Shown: positions 12,708 to 25,500, counted from the stretch's first letter. The stretch is DNA of 64,000 nt from Eledone cirrhosa (GCA_964016885.1 OZ024741.1:292888001-292952000); one strand, 5' to 3'. Made by a program: numbers and translations. Notes: a model not told the origin generated them from the sequence alone.

Positions 12708-15700
12708 TTACAGATACGTACTCAGAGTAGGCCCATTCACTCGGGCCATTCTTGCTTCTCTCACCCATCTTTCAACAAAATGCTGGGAAGAGAGCACTTC
12801 CCTCTCTACTCTGATTTTCATTTTCAAATGAAATTTGAAAAAGTCAATCAGGGCATCACCGAAGAGGTAAGTGCTCGTCTTCAGCCCTTTCAAACGTGTC
12901 CACCATACAATCTCTTTCGCCATGGCCACCAGACAGATAAAAACTGCCTGCCCTTCCCAGCTAAAGGAAGAGGGCGGGGTAATCCTCACGATGGACTCAG
13001 ATGATAGCCGGATCCGTCCTACACGCGACAGCAGGTGTTCGACATAAACCCACAAGTCAGCAATTTTTGGACACTGGACGAGTGCGTGCAGGACGGTTTC
13101 GTCGCCCTGCGCGCATCTCGGACATGCCCGGCTGACGGCACCTCCATGCCTGTAGAGTTTATCCCGAACTGGCAAGGCTCCTCGGTAGCACTGCCAGGCC
13201 AGAGATTTCTGGAAGTTGTCCATAGGTCCCGGCCCGAAAGCTCTTCCGAAGAGATTGGCTAGTTGATTTTTGTCGACGCCTAGAGTTTCCTCAAGTACGT
13301 CGTCGCTCTTCCCCTCCACTAATCCTCTAGTTTCCACCGATCACATTGCCCGATTGGTCGAGTGCTGTGAGCGCCTGAAGACCTTCCAGTCTCCAGGCGC
13401 TCCCTCTCATTCTTCGCTTGACCCAGGACTGCAGCTCCGTCAAGGAAACGAGCTGGGGAAATACGTGTCTAGCAAACGGCAACCACACCTGATCACCGTC
13501 GAGGAAGACGTGGAGATGTCGTAGCCTGAGCCCGTGTCTGCGCATCATCAGTCACGGCATGCCCAGCCATCCACGTAGCGGGTGTTGACAACAGATGGAC
13601 CGCCTGACCATCGGAGCGCGTCCCTTCCACAAAAAGCGAAAGAGCAAACGCTCCAGCGCAGTTAGGCGGGGCTTAGGACAAAGTACGACGATCAGGCGGT
13701 AGCAGATGACAGACGCGATGTACGCGTTAGCCACCTCCGCTCGACCTTTCAGGGATAGCTTCCTCTCTGCCCATTTCTGGGTGAGAGAAGCCACCCTGCT
13801 CGTCACCTCGTCCCAGTTTTTGTCCGTCTGGAGGTCGGCACCGAACCAGAACCCTAGCAATTTAACCGGTCCGTCCGTCCAGCGTCCGACGATGCTGTTG
13901 GACGGCATGGACCTGCCTCTCCAGGTGTCGAGCTGCAGGCCCACTGACTTTTCCTGGTTGATCATTGGTCCTGTCACCGCTTCGTATTCTCTTAGTGTAG
14001 TGCCGATCGCCTCGATGTGTTTGGCGTTCGACACCACTACGGTGACATCGTCCGCATATGCTGACACGGATCTTCCGCATCCTAGTTCGCGCGGGACGCC
14101 CCTCAACGTCTTCAGTTTGTGCAGTACTGTCTCGAGAGTCAATACGTACAAGAGGGACGAGAGGGGACATCCTTGGCGGACCGAGCGCATGATGTTGAAC
14201 GGTTCCGAAAGGTGACCGTTCACTCTCACCACAGAGCAGATGTCGCTGTGCATGGCAGCGATCCAGCCTCTGAAGACGGGCCTAAAGCCAGCCGCCCTCA
14301 GGACTGCCGCTAGGTAACGATAGTTGACCCTATCGAAAGCTTTCGACTGATCTAAATTGATCAAGGACCCACCCGTGCCTGGTTCCCTAGCTACCCTCTC
14401 TACGATGTATCGCATGAGGTGGAGATTGTCGTGGATGGATCTGTCGGGAATGGCGCATGTCTGCGCCTCTCCCACCAGACCACTAACGACAAGCGCCAAC
14501 CTCTTTGCTAGCACCTTGGCCAAAATCTTGAACTCTGTGTTTAGCAGAGTTATGGGCCTGAAATTATCTATGTTATCCCCCTTGTTCGGATCCTTTCTCA
14601 GCAGTGCCACCGCTCCTCGGCTCACAGAGCTGGGAATTCTCCCGTTCTGTTGCCAGTTGCAGTAGACGTCCGCCAAGAGGCCCCCGAACAAGTCTGGCAT
14701 CTGTACGTAAAGTTCATAGGGCAGACCATCCAAACCAGGCGATTTACCCCATGTGCAGCCAGTCATTGCCTCCCGTATTTCAGCGGCTGTTATCGGCTTT
14801 TCGCAACACTCCGCCTCAGTGGCCGAGAGCCGCGGCAGTCCGTCGAGGTAGACACTAAAGTCCATCCCTCGACCCGCTCACCGCTGCCCCCTAACAGCTG
14901 AGCGAAGTGTCGCTGAAAAGCTTCACACATTTTCCCGGGATCGAGTAGCATGCGCCCGTCGTGGTCCACCAAAGACCGGATCGTCGCTTTGTTGCCACGA
15001 CGCGCCTCCGCCACTCGGGCCCATTAACGGCTTTCGTCCCCTCGTGTCTGAGAGCACGCACCCTAGCTCTGACAACGCAGCCTTCGTGCTTTGCATTGAA
15101 GAATTGGTCAAGGGCCAATTTCGCCGCAAGCACGTCGGTCGCGATGCTTTTGCTAAGCGCCTCGTCTAATTTTCTAACTAGTTCTCCTTCTGCTCTATTT
15201 TTCTCTATTGCTAAAGCCTTACTAAACCTAATGGATTCTATTCTAATCGCTCTTTTCTGAGCAAACCACCACTTGTTGTTAACGATAGCCCTCGTCAACG
15301 CCCGCTTAACTAGTTCGCTAATCCGGTCTCTGTAGGCTTTGCGCGCTGGTAAGGACGCGTTTAGCTTCCAGTAGCGGGTCCTCGTCTATGAAGCCTATCG
15401 AAGTCAAGCACACAGATCACGAATTTGTGGTCCGTGTAGCTGACTATCTTGAATTGTGGACAGCCTATGCTAGACCTATCTATTTCCCTACAAAATACTC
15501 TATCTAGATATGATCTGGATGACCCTATGCGATTTGTTCAAGTCCACATTGGCACATTCGGGAAATCCAATCGGTACCTGTCAGACAGTTCAAAACGCCT
15601 GAGCAGGTTGGTGAGGCTCTTGCACCCTCCACCCATATCCGCTAATCCCACACAGTCCCAGCGTGCATCTAAGATCCCGTTCCAGTCGCCCACTAACACT

Positions 15701-16095
15701 AAAGAGCGGGACGTTCGAAGAAAGGTCTCTAGACGCCGGAAGAAATCAGGCCGCCCTGCTCCTGTCGGGGCATAGACGGCCACTAGCCTGAAAGCTTGCC
15801 CGTCTCCGCTGGTCACGTCCAGCACCACCAACTTACCCTCTGGGTGCTGGAAGATGGCCCGTATGGCGAGATCCAAACCTCTTCGAAAAAGCACAGCAAC
15901 TCCTCCCCCCGATCCAGGACGGCTGGGAGATGCGTAAACATTGTAGCCGCCGAAGATCGGTGCGAAGGCCCGTGCTTCGGGGATTCTGGTCTCGCTGATG
16001 GCCACTACATCTATGTTTAGTGACCTGAGGTCGTTGAGCAGGTGACCCTGCTTCCATGACAACTCCAAGCCACGCGCATTTATGCTGCCTATTCT
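12708..16095 (-). pseudogene. LINE ORF2: APE endonuclease, reverse transcriptase and C-terminal zinc finger (frameshifted)
   Basis: IGSINARGL, ISETR, VYAP, LVGDWN (APE); KSPGLDG, FRPITLLN, DQSKAFDRV, VRQGCPLS, YADD (RT); CPRC..ETVLHALVQC; spread over ORFs 15538-16068, 14891-15298, 14790-15014, 13552-14865, 13327-13548, 12708-13337. Confidence 0.92.
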
Positions 16096-16142
16096 GAGTG
16101 AGGGGATGTTTAAAATGGAGTGGAAAAGATGGGAAAGACCAC

Positions 16143-18111
16143 TTACCGTACTTTTCGTAGAGGAAGGATGGTTTCTCCATCCCTTTTCACTTGATCGTCT
16201 GGTGAAGGGACCGTTGAATCGTCCCTTCGGCTGGTCGTCGGCTCTTCTATGAGTATGTCCGAATATACTCTCCGGTTGAGAGTCCCTGCTAGGTCTCTGA
16301 AATCACCAACTGCGTTGGGGAATTTCGTTTTAATGTTTGTGTATTGTTTCTGTGCTATTTTTATCAGTCTTATGTTCGTTGGCGTTTTGATTGGTGCTGG
16401 TATTATGTAGTCGTGCTGTGAAATGTCTGTGTGTTCAATTATGTAAGTCATTAGTTTCTTGTTGTGTGTATTTATTGCCGTGTATTTGTTTTTCTGGGGG
16501 TGGGGGGTGGTTCTGCTATTTTCTTGTCGTTGTTGCTGGGTGTGTGTGTTTTGTTGTTGTGTTTGCGATGTTGGTGCTTGTGGTGGTGGTGTTGAAGGTG
16601 TTGTTGTTGGCGGGGGGGTTGTCGCCGGTGGTGATGGTGGTGCTAGTGTGGGTGGTGATGATGTTGGTGGTGTTGCTGCTGTGAGTCTCTTTGCAGTAGC
16701 CTTTACCCTTTTTTCATTTCCTCCTCCCTTTTCGAAGGCGACGATGCGCTGCTTCTGCGTTTGTGCCTTCTTACGACCTTTTGCCATCCCTCTCCCACCT
16801 CACACTCCATGTCTGATTCTGTGAGGTCGGGGAGGGGTACCAGCTCCACTCTTTCACTTGTTGTTCTTGGTGATGTTTGCAGTGGAGTCTCTGTTGCAGC
16901 TGCATTTGGTATTACTGTTGTTGTTAATACTTCCACTGCTGCTGCTGTTCTTGATTTCCGTGGCGTGGGTATGAGTGCCACGGACCTATCGTTCCTGGTT
17001 GCCGCTCGTCCTGTTGCTGGTAGCCTTGGAGCCGGTTTCGGAAGGAGGGGGGTTTTCTACTTTCATAGGGTCTTCTCGTTGCAGAAGGCCCTGAGGTGAG
17101 TCTTCGATCCACTGCGAAAGCATTTCGGGCGTTTGCCCTCAACACTTATGGGCAGTTGAGTGCCGTTATCGAAGTCTATTACATCCGGGATAGCTTCGAT
17201 GCACTCCTGGTTGATTTGGATTAACATCTCAATGGAGGTGCCGACCCAATCTTCTCTTACTTTTTTCTGTACTTGCAGTACAGTTGTTTTATCCTCGATT
17301 CCGACGAGGACAGACGCGGCCAGCCAAGAAGGGGCCATCCCGGGGGGGACGTGGGTCAGTTTGACCCTCACAATTTTTTGCCCGCAGTAGGAGGGCACCA
17401 ACACCATTTCCTCGCTCCTTAGGGTCACTAAGGATTGAGCCTTTGCCTCCTGGGGTGTGGCAAAAAGCACGTCTACGATGGCATATTTCTTGCCTCGGGT
17501 GATATGCGTTTTCCGCTGCCACACAGACCCTAAGGCTTTTTGTATTTGAGCCTCTGTGGCCCTTTCAACCCTACGGGATTTTGTGCTCAGTGTACGGTAC
17601 GTGACCGTACAGTGCTGTTGAGTTTCGAAAAATTTTTCGGTTGCCTTGCAGATTGCTCGGTGTCCGGTTTTCATCACCATCTTCTTCGCTTCCTGTAATT
17701 CCTCATTTGTTATGAGGATGGTTTCCAGGGTCTTTGCGATACCTGCAAACGAGATTGGTTTGTCTTTGCTGCTGTTGTTGTTGCTGTTGCTGCTAATGCT
17801 GTTGTTGTTTATGCTGCTGATGATGCTGTTGCGGCTGCTACTGTTGTTTTCCTTGTCACTGTTGCTGCTGCTGCTGTTATTACGGCTGCTACTGCTATTA
17901 TTCATGACGTCGTCGTCGTCGTGGAGAAATTTTGCACGCTTTGCACGTGATTTTTCTTTACTGGCGTCGCTTGCGAAAGAGAAGGGAGGGAGAGAGACAC
18001 ATTTAGAGAAGGGAGGGAGAGAGACAATCTTCTCTCTGCTGTAGTGACGATTGAGGAAGAAGAAGACGGAATGAGTGGGAGTGACCTATAAAAATTCTTT
18101 TTCGTAGCCAT
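16143..18111 (-). pseudogene. LINE ORF1 (gag-like nucleic-acid-binding protein), frameshifted
   Basis: Degenerate CCHC knuckle CFRSGSKTHLRAFC, EGWQKVVRRHKRR basic motif, N/S-rich and P/T-rich linkers; split over four frames. Confidence 0.75.
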
Positions 18112-18538
18112 GTTTTTTTTTTGTTTAAAATAAATATTGGGCACAAAACCCCAATAAGCGGTTATTTAACCCCGAAGGGCCAAATAACGGGCAGAAAGAT
18201 CCCTCTCACGAGGAGGAGCGTGTTTTTGTCTACAATTTGGTTAAAGTTTTAAATAATTTACAATTGTTATAGCGGTCAAAATTTACAATACCTTACAGAG
18301 CCGAGCCTCCGTCAACCATAGCATTCAATAATAATAAAATGGCCCTTTTGTTATGTTTTCATTATGTTTATTGAATAGTGATGCATGTTTCGATATTGAT
18401 TAGCTTAAGGTTCCACGTGCTTTTGATTCCAGAGTTGGGATATATCGATACAGATCGAACCTTGAGCTGATCAATAGTGAAACATGTATCACTACTCAAC
18501 AAGCATAGTGAAGGCATAACAAATCGTCCTTTTTATTA

Positions 18539-18732
18539 GGTGGATTGGCAGTATCGGTAGAGGGTTCGACGCCATGCTTTCCAGCATAGTTACGCCCCTT
18601 TGCGAACTGAGTTCAAATCCGGCCAAGGTTAACTTTGCCTTTCATCCTTACGTGGTTGATAAAATAAAGTACCAGCAATGTACTGGGATAATTGCTGGCC
18701 TTGTGCCAAAAGAAGAAATAATTATTATAATA
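18539..18732 (+). mobile_element. tRNA-derived SINE family 1
   Basis: TGGCAGTATCGGTAGAG..GTTCAAATCC..GCCTTTCATCC core and tail. Confidence 0.75.
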
Positions 18733-19510
18733 ATTGTACTCTGCTCAAACACTCCTTCGAGCGAGTCCTGTCAGAAGCAACCATCTCCAATTAATCCGCC
18801 TGGATCCCCAAGCGAGACCAACCAAGCTCATGGATGTTATTCATACCATCTTGCTCATGGTCTACCACTATGTCTCCTGCTGGTTGGATTTTGACTGTGA
18901 AATCTGTCCAGCGATTCTTTTCTGAAACATTCTAACCACTTGCTTGTAATATTGAAGCTGTGATCTCCCAATTCCGAGAAGTAGTGACTCTACCTGGAGT
19001 GACTCTTTGATGGGTTGGACAGGACTTTGAGGTTGTATTCTATGTAGAGGTGGCTTAATTTTGATGGGGGTCTTTAAATACTGTGCAGCACCTAGCAACT
19101 ACCCAATTAACTTCCTCTTTATCATTCCCTTTTTCTATAGCCATATGTCCTTCTTGACACCAACCCTTATTTATATTTAACTATTATACTTATTTCAATG
19201 ATTTTCACCTTTTGAACAAGGGTGGGTGTTGCAGGACATATTGTGTATGTGGGACTTCACTGGTTGTTTTTCAGCAGTGTCATTTTGAAGACATTTGTGA
19301 CGATAAACACACACATATGCATATACTACTCTCTTCTACAGAGTTTCTGTCTTTCAAAGTTTAATTGCAAGACATTTGGCAATCCTTGGCTATATTAGAA
19401 GATACTTTTCCAAGGTGCTCTGTTGGGAGATCTAATCCAAAACCATATTGACTTTGTAACAAGATCAGATACCCAGAACACTTCTTAGAAATAATTTATC
19501 TATTAACTCA

Positions 19511-19837
19511 GTTAGAGAAGATAATTGTTTCTACTTTAGGCACAAGGCCAGCAATTACCCAGTGCATTACTGGTACTTTATTTTATTGACCCCGTAAGGA
19601 TGAAAGGCAAAGTCAACCTCGGCGGGATAACTATGCTGGAAAGCATGGTTAGAGAAGATAATTGTTTCTACTTTGGGCACAAGGCCAGCAATTACCCAGT
19701 GTATTACTGGTACTTTATTTTATCGACCCCGTAAGGATGAAAGGCAAAGTCAACCTCGGCGGGATTTGAACTCAGATCGTAAAGGGACGTAACTATGCTG
19801 GAAAGCATGGCGTCTGACCCTGGTTAGAGAAGATAAT
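19511..19837 (-). mobile_element. Two tandem 5'-truncated SINE family 1 copies
   Basis: Two copies of tail plus core, separated and flanked by GTTAGAGAAGATAAT (19511, 19648, 19823). Confidence 0.75.
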
Positions 19838-20925
19838 GCTGTATTATCAGGTGTCATATTATAAACCTCTGTCGTATTCGAACTTAGAGTGTAGCAGAGC
19901 TGTAAGAAATATCACAACACACTCTGAAAGAACTGAGGGAGAAGATGATTTTAAGAGGAATATGAGGTGGTGTGCAGAAGAGAAGACTGCATTGATATGG
20001 ACATGTGATGTAGATGAATGATGATCAATGGGTGAAAATATGCCAGGAAATGCCAGGATGGAAGCCACAGTAGAGGCAGTGAGAGCTGGACAGAGGTGGT
20101 AAGAGCTGACCTCAAATCACTGAGACTCACAGAGATGATGAAGAAATGCGGTGAGTGGAGAGACGCTTTGCTGAAAAGGCCTATCCAACCCTTGCAAGTA
20201 TGGAAAAACTGACATATAAATGATGAAGAAGATAATGGTTCTCTCTGACATTCTAACCCACTCTCCCAAATAATTGCTTGAAGTATAATCAATTGAATCA
20301 AGACTGTATTTATTCTTCAGTTAACATTAAAAAATTATTCATTTGCCAGCATTAAGCTATTGCTGTTGACAATAATTTCATAGAAAAACTATTCATTATC
20401 GATCAAGTTTAAATCAAATTTAACCCACATTTCTGCACCTTGTTACATATTGCAATATCTTTGTTAGCTTTTACATTGAAATAATCCGAAGCTGAAAATC
20501 ATAGCTGACGTAACAACGGTTGTATTTTGGGTGTAAGTTTTCAAGTACATTTATTATTTTTTTTTTCTTGGAAAATTCTTTGAGAAAAGTGCCTGATATT
20601 GATTTTTTCCAATATTGTTCTCACAATGATGGATGTATAATTTTTACCCAAATTAACCATGCCAATTTTGTATCATAATTGCAGCCTTCACCCAGTTTTT
20701 TTCTGCCACATCCAATGTCAATTATGGAAACACCTTGCATATATCAATGTGAAGTTTGAAAGATGTTGATGTATAAATACTAAGTATCAAAATAGAAGGA
20801 ATATGTCTGCATGCATATATATATATGTGCATATATGTGTGTGTGTGTGATGTGTGAAAAGAGAAAGGTAATTACATTTTCTTTAAAATCAATCTATCTG
20901 ACTGCCTCTCTCTCTCTCTCTCTCT

Positions 20926-20962
<37 letters not shown>

Positions 20963-20966
<4 letters not shown>

Positions 20967-23417
20967 CAGGAGGAGAGTAACTTGGTGGTGGAACAGTAAG
21001 GTGGAGAGGTCAATCAAGGCCAAAAAGCAGGCTAGGAAAGCATGGCGGGATGGGGGAAGTAGAGGAGACTATCAAGTGGCCAGGAGGGAAACTAGGAGAC
21101 AAGTGTACTTCGCAAGAAGGGAAGCAGAGGAAAGAAAGTTCAAGCATGTTCTACAATGCGAGGACCAAAAATGTGAGGTGTTCAGGATTGCTAGGCAATG
21201 TGTCAAGGAAAACAGTGATATTGTCGGGGAGAAGTGTGTCCTTAATGATGATGGTGTACTTGCCATCACTGACGCTGGAAGTGTCACTACGAAAGGCTAC
21301 TAAATGAGGAGTATAATTGGGAGAAAGACAGTCTCCCCCACATCGACCCAACAGAGGGACCAGCAGTGCAAGTTGAAGGTAGCGTAATAAGTAAGGCGAT
21401 CAAAGACATGAAGACGGGCAAGACGGCCGGGCCTTCGGAAATAGTTGCCAAAATGCTGAAAGCATCTGAAACAGTGGGACACACTATGGTCACCCGGATA
21501 GTAAACCAAGTCATACAGAATGGGGTTGTTCCGAAGGACTGGCGCAGCAGCATCATCATTAACTGCTACAAGGGTAAAGTTGATGCCCTAGATAGGGGAA
21601 ACTATAGAGGCATTAAATTAATTGACCAGGTCATGAAGGTCACAGAAAAAGTAATAGCGCAACTAATCAGAGAGCAAATTGATCTAGACGAAATGCAGTT
21701 CGGGTTTGTGTCAGGTAAAAGTACAACAGACGCTCTTTTCATTGTACGACAACTACAAGAGAAGTACCTAGCTAAAAGTAAACCCCTATACTTAGCTTTT
21801 GTTGACTTGGAGAAAGCTTTGACAGAGTACCCCGCTCAATTATCTGGTGGGTCCTTAGAAAACTAGGTGTTGATGAATGGCTTGTGAGAGCTATACAAGC
21901 CATGTATAAAGAAACAGTCAGCAAGGTTAGAATTAACAACGAATATAGTAAAGAGTTTAGCATAAAAGTTGGTGTTCATCAGGGCTACATCCTTAGCCCT
22001 CTACTATTTATTATTGCCCTTCAGGCTATAACAGAGGAGTTCAAGACCAGCTGCCCATGGGAACCCCTATATGCAGATGATCTAACGCTCATAGCTGAAT
22101 CAATGGCTGAACTAGAGAAGAAATTCCAAACATGGAAGCATGGCCTAGAATCAAAAGGCCTTAAAGTTAACTTGTCTAAGACTAAAGTTCTAGTTTGTAG
22201 GAAGGAAAATAAGGCACTGGTCCCATCTGGGAAATGGCCATGCTCAGTGTGTAGGAAAGGAGTAGGTAGAAACTCCATTTTATGTCCCAAATGCAAAGTA
22301 TGGGTACATAAAAGATGTAGTGGGATCACAGGTAAGCTAACTAAGAATATAGATTTTATATGTGGCCGGTGCTCTGGTGCAATAGTAGCAGCAAGTGCCC
22401 AAGGAATACTAATTCATTCCATTGCATAGATGGTTCTATAGAAATAGTGGACAGCTTCCGTTACCTGGGTGACAAAATCAGCAGTGGGGGAGGGTGCTCT
22501 GAAAGTACAGTAGCTAGAGTCAGAACGGGATGGAAAAAGTTCAGAGAGCTTATACCACTATTGGCCGCTAAAGGGTTCTCTCTAAAAATGAAAGGCAGTC
22601 TGTATGATGCCTGCATACGAACAGCAATGTTACATGGCAGTGAGACCTGGGCATTGTGTGCAGAGGATATATGCAGACTGGAGAGAAACGAAGATGCATG
22701 CTCCACTGGATGTGTAATAGTAATATACATGAACGGCAAAGCATAAACGAACTAAGTGAGAAATTAGAAATAAGGGGGATCAGATGCTGTTTACTCGAGA
22801 GAAGACTACGTTGGTATGGTCACGTGATGCGCATGAAAGACGACAGCTGTATAAAATAGTGCAGGGCAATAAAAATAGACGGTAGCCACGGAGTAGGAAG
22901 ACCCAGAAAAACCTGGGACGACTTGATAAATTCTGACCTCATACACTTACACCTCTCCAAGACAATGTCACTGGACCGAGATCATTGGCGCTACACAGTA
23001 ATAGAGAAGACCCGCCATACCTAAGTGCAAAGTGAAACCTACTACAGTCAGTAAGCACCTCTAACAAAATACACCCACGTCCCACTACCCCCACCCCATC
23101 CACACCACCCCTTTCAATGTAAAGTTATGTTGGTGTCACAACATCCAGCCCGAAACAAATGAGGTCGTGTAAGTGTCACAACAAAAAAACACACAGTCCA
23201 CGCTGTAATGTGGCCGTGTAGGTAACACAGTAAAAACCTCCCAGTCCCACACTGTAAATGTGGTTGGTGTTAGGAAGGGCATCCAGCCGTAGAAAACCCG
23301 CCAGACAGTCCTAGGTGAGCAAGACAACCACTCTTGCCTCAAGTGGGAAAACTCCCGTCCAAACCCATGCAAGCGTGGAATATGGACGTTAAACGATGAT
23401 GATGATGATGATGATGA
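20963..23417 (+). mobile_element. 5'-truncated RTE-clade LINE (decayed RT with PHD-type finger, 3' UTR and (GAT)n tail)
   Basis: TWWWN, NYRGIKL, QFGF..GKSTTDA, AFVDLEKA, GVHQG..LSPLLF, YADD, FRYLG, HGSETW, RLRWYGHV motifs; frameshifts and stops; tail GGACGTTAAAC(GAT)n. Confidence 0.9.
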
Positions 23418-24130
23418 TATATTATTCATGATGAAAGGATTATATTGTTGGTTATAGGGTAGAGTGCAGTGGTGATATGAAGTTTTTTTGTCAGGTGGTG
23501 TGTATAGAGTTTGAAACATGTAAATATTTACTCTCTCTGTCTCTTCCCATTTATTTATATATATTCATTTTATTAAGGTTAAGTGCACAAGATCATCTGA
23601 TGAATATTAAAATTCTAGGTCGGTATTGGTATTGAGTACTCCTTTCTCTCAGGCGTCAACCACATAAGGATTTATATACAAACATATATAATATTCACAG
23701 TTGTTGCAGACCTGTGAACAATATGGGGCAAGGAGAAGATGGATGTCACTACTATTATAGCAGCCACTGTTACTACTACTACAACAGCTACTGATAGATA
23801 GGGGAGGGAGAAGGGCTACCAGCTGTTTTCATTAGTTCCTAAACTGACCAACACTTTCGCCAAAATTCTTCGGGCCATACAGGGGCTGGCCGTCAAAGAA
23901 ACAACACCAAATATTCGGCTGGTTCCCTGTATCATGAAAAGAAAATCTTTTTCAGGGAAATTATTGGATTTTTCCAAATTTAAAGGTTTGTTAGGAACTT
24001 TCAATGCTTACTTTAGGTTTTGCCGTCTGAAGAGTTGATAGTCTTCAGTGAAATATGTATAACGGAGTTTTAAATAAACCTGAATCAACTGAATATGCCT
24101 CTGAGCTTTTATCAATATATATATATATAT

Positions 24131-24168
<38 letters not shown>

Positions 24169-24469
24169 ATGTGTATGTATTTATAGGTACATGTGTATTT
24201 GTGTATTTTATGTGTGTATCATCATCATCATTATTTAGCGTCTTATTTGTCCATGCTTGTATGGGTTAGATCGGTCATCCATGTTATGAGACAAGCCTGG
24301 CCAGTTGGCCATGCTAGACCTTTACTTGTTGCTTTCTGAAGATGGCATTAAGCCCAAAACACTAAAGAACTTTCCATTTCCACATCACCTATCTGTTTCT
24401 ATCTATCTATCTATCTATATAAACACATAACAAACATAAAAGTTTGTGTTTGTCTTGCTATAATGTTAC

Positions 24470-24812
24470 TATCATCATAATCAGGTCGAGCTTGCTCGGC
24501 TTTCTACGACACGCTTCCTCCATCCATCTCTGTCTCTCATAGCATTTGCCAGTTCTTCCGCAGTGCATCCAGTATCGTCCTCAGGTTGCTTGACGTATGT
24601 CTTCTTGGGACGACCAGCGTTTCTTGCTATTCCTTCCTTGCTGCGCCAACAGTGGCCAGCAAATCTGAGTCTCTGTCCACGTATTGACCTGCTGATAGGT
24701 GGTATATTGCCATAGAGATCCTTATTTGTTGGGTGTTCCCTCCAAGACATGTTTAAAGCAGCACAGAGCATACGTGTGTATGCCCCGTCTAGCTTTTTCT
24801 CCAGTTTCGACG
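24470..24812 (-). mobile_element. RTE-X-like LINE 3' fragment
   Basis: ORF 24481-24771: AALNMSWREHPTNKDLYGNIPPIS..QRLRFAGHCWRS..GRPKKTY..MRDRDGWRKRV, followed by a short (TGA) tail. Confidence 0.7.
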
Positions 24813-25078
24813 TTAGTTACTATACCTCAACGAATCTTCACCAAATTTGGCACTGAAATCTATATATGCATTTGTGGCTAGCTACACATGTTTACAATGT
24901 TTACATTTGTATAAGCAAGCTTAATCTATTAACTTTGACAGTTTGAGTACTAGAGGTGAAACTCAGAAGGCGACTGACACATGACTATGTGTATGTAGGG
25001 ATCTCATAGGAATTAGTTTGATCATTGTGAAGAAGCAAAATCAGTATAAAAACAAATACATATATATGTATATATATA

Positions 25079-25290
25079 TATAAATTAATATGTATGTGAT
25101 GAAACACAGATACCAACACATCTGTATTCTTGGCAATACAGTTCGTCTTCGTTGATTTATTATTTTAAATCGATATGGACAAACTGTAGTATAATAATTA
25201 GTATACTTCAATCTGGCTAAATTTTTTCTTTTGCAATATATATACAGATGTGTTGGTATCTGTGTTTCATCACATACATATTAATTTATA
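25079..25290. repeat. 49-bp perfect inverted repeat next to (TA)n
   Basis: 25079-25127 is the reverse complement of 25242-25290. Confidence 0.85.
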
Positions 25291-25384
25291 CACTGCTCAG
25301 GGGGTATTTTCCTCCTTCGAGCTAATTCCATTGTAAAAGAATTCATTACCTTATTAATATATATATATATATATATATTAACTA

Positions 25385-25500
25385 AAGGCACATGGCCTTG
25401 GAGTTAGAGCATTGAATTCACAATCAGGAGATTATGAATTTGATTCTCAAACTGGGCAATGTGCTATATCCTTGAGCAAGACATTTTATTCTAAGCTACT
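25385..25500 (+). mobile_element. tRNA-derived SINE family 2 (decayed)
   Basis: GGCACATGGC..GTTAGAGCATTG head and TCCTTGAGCAAGACA core; matches 49672-49822. Confidence 0.55.

Larger units (their letters stand above)
12446..18326 (-). mobile_element. Full-length decayed L1/Tx1-clade non-LTR retrotransposon
   Basis: GC-rich ~5.9-kb block with ORF1 zinc knuckle, APE, RT and C-terminal zinc-finger motifs; AATAAA at 12468-12463 followed by (AAT)n tail; (AAT)n on both flanks. Confidence 0.92.

Noticed and set aside
13706-14901. Plus-strand ORFs antisense to the LINE RT
   Set aside because: Shadow ORFs of GC-rich coding sequence
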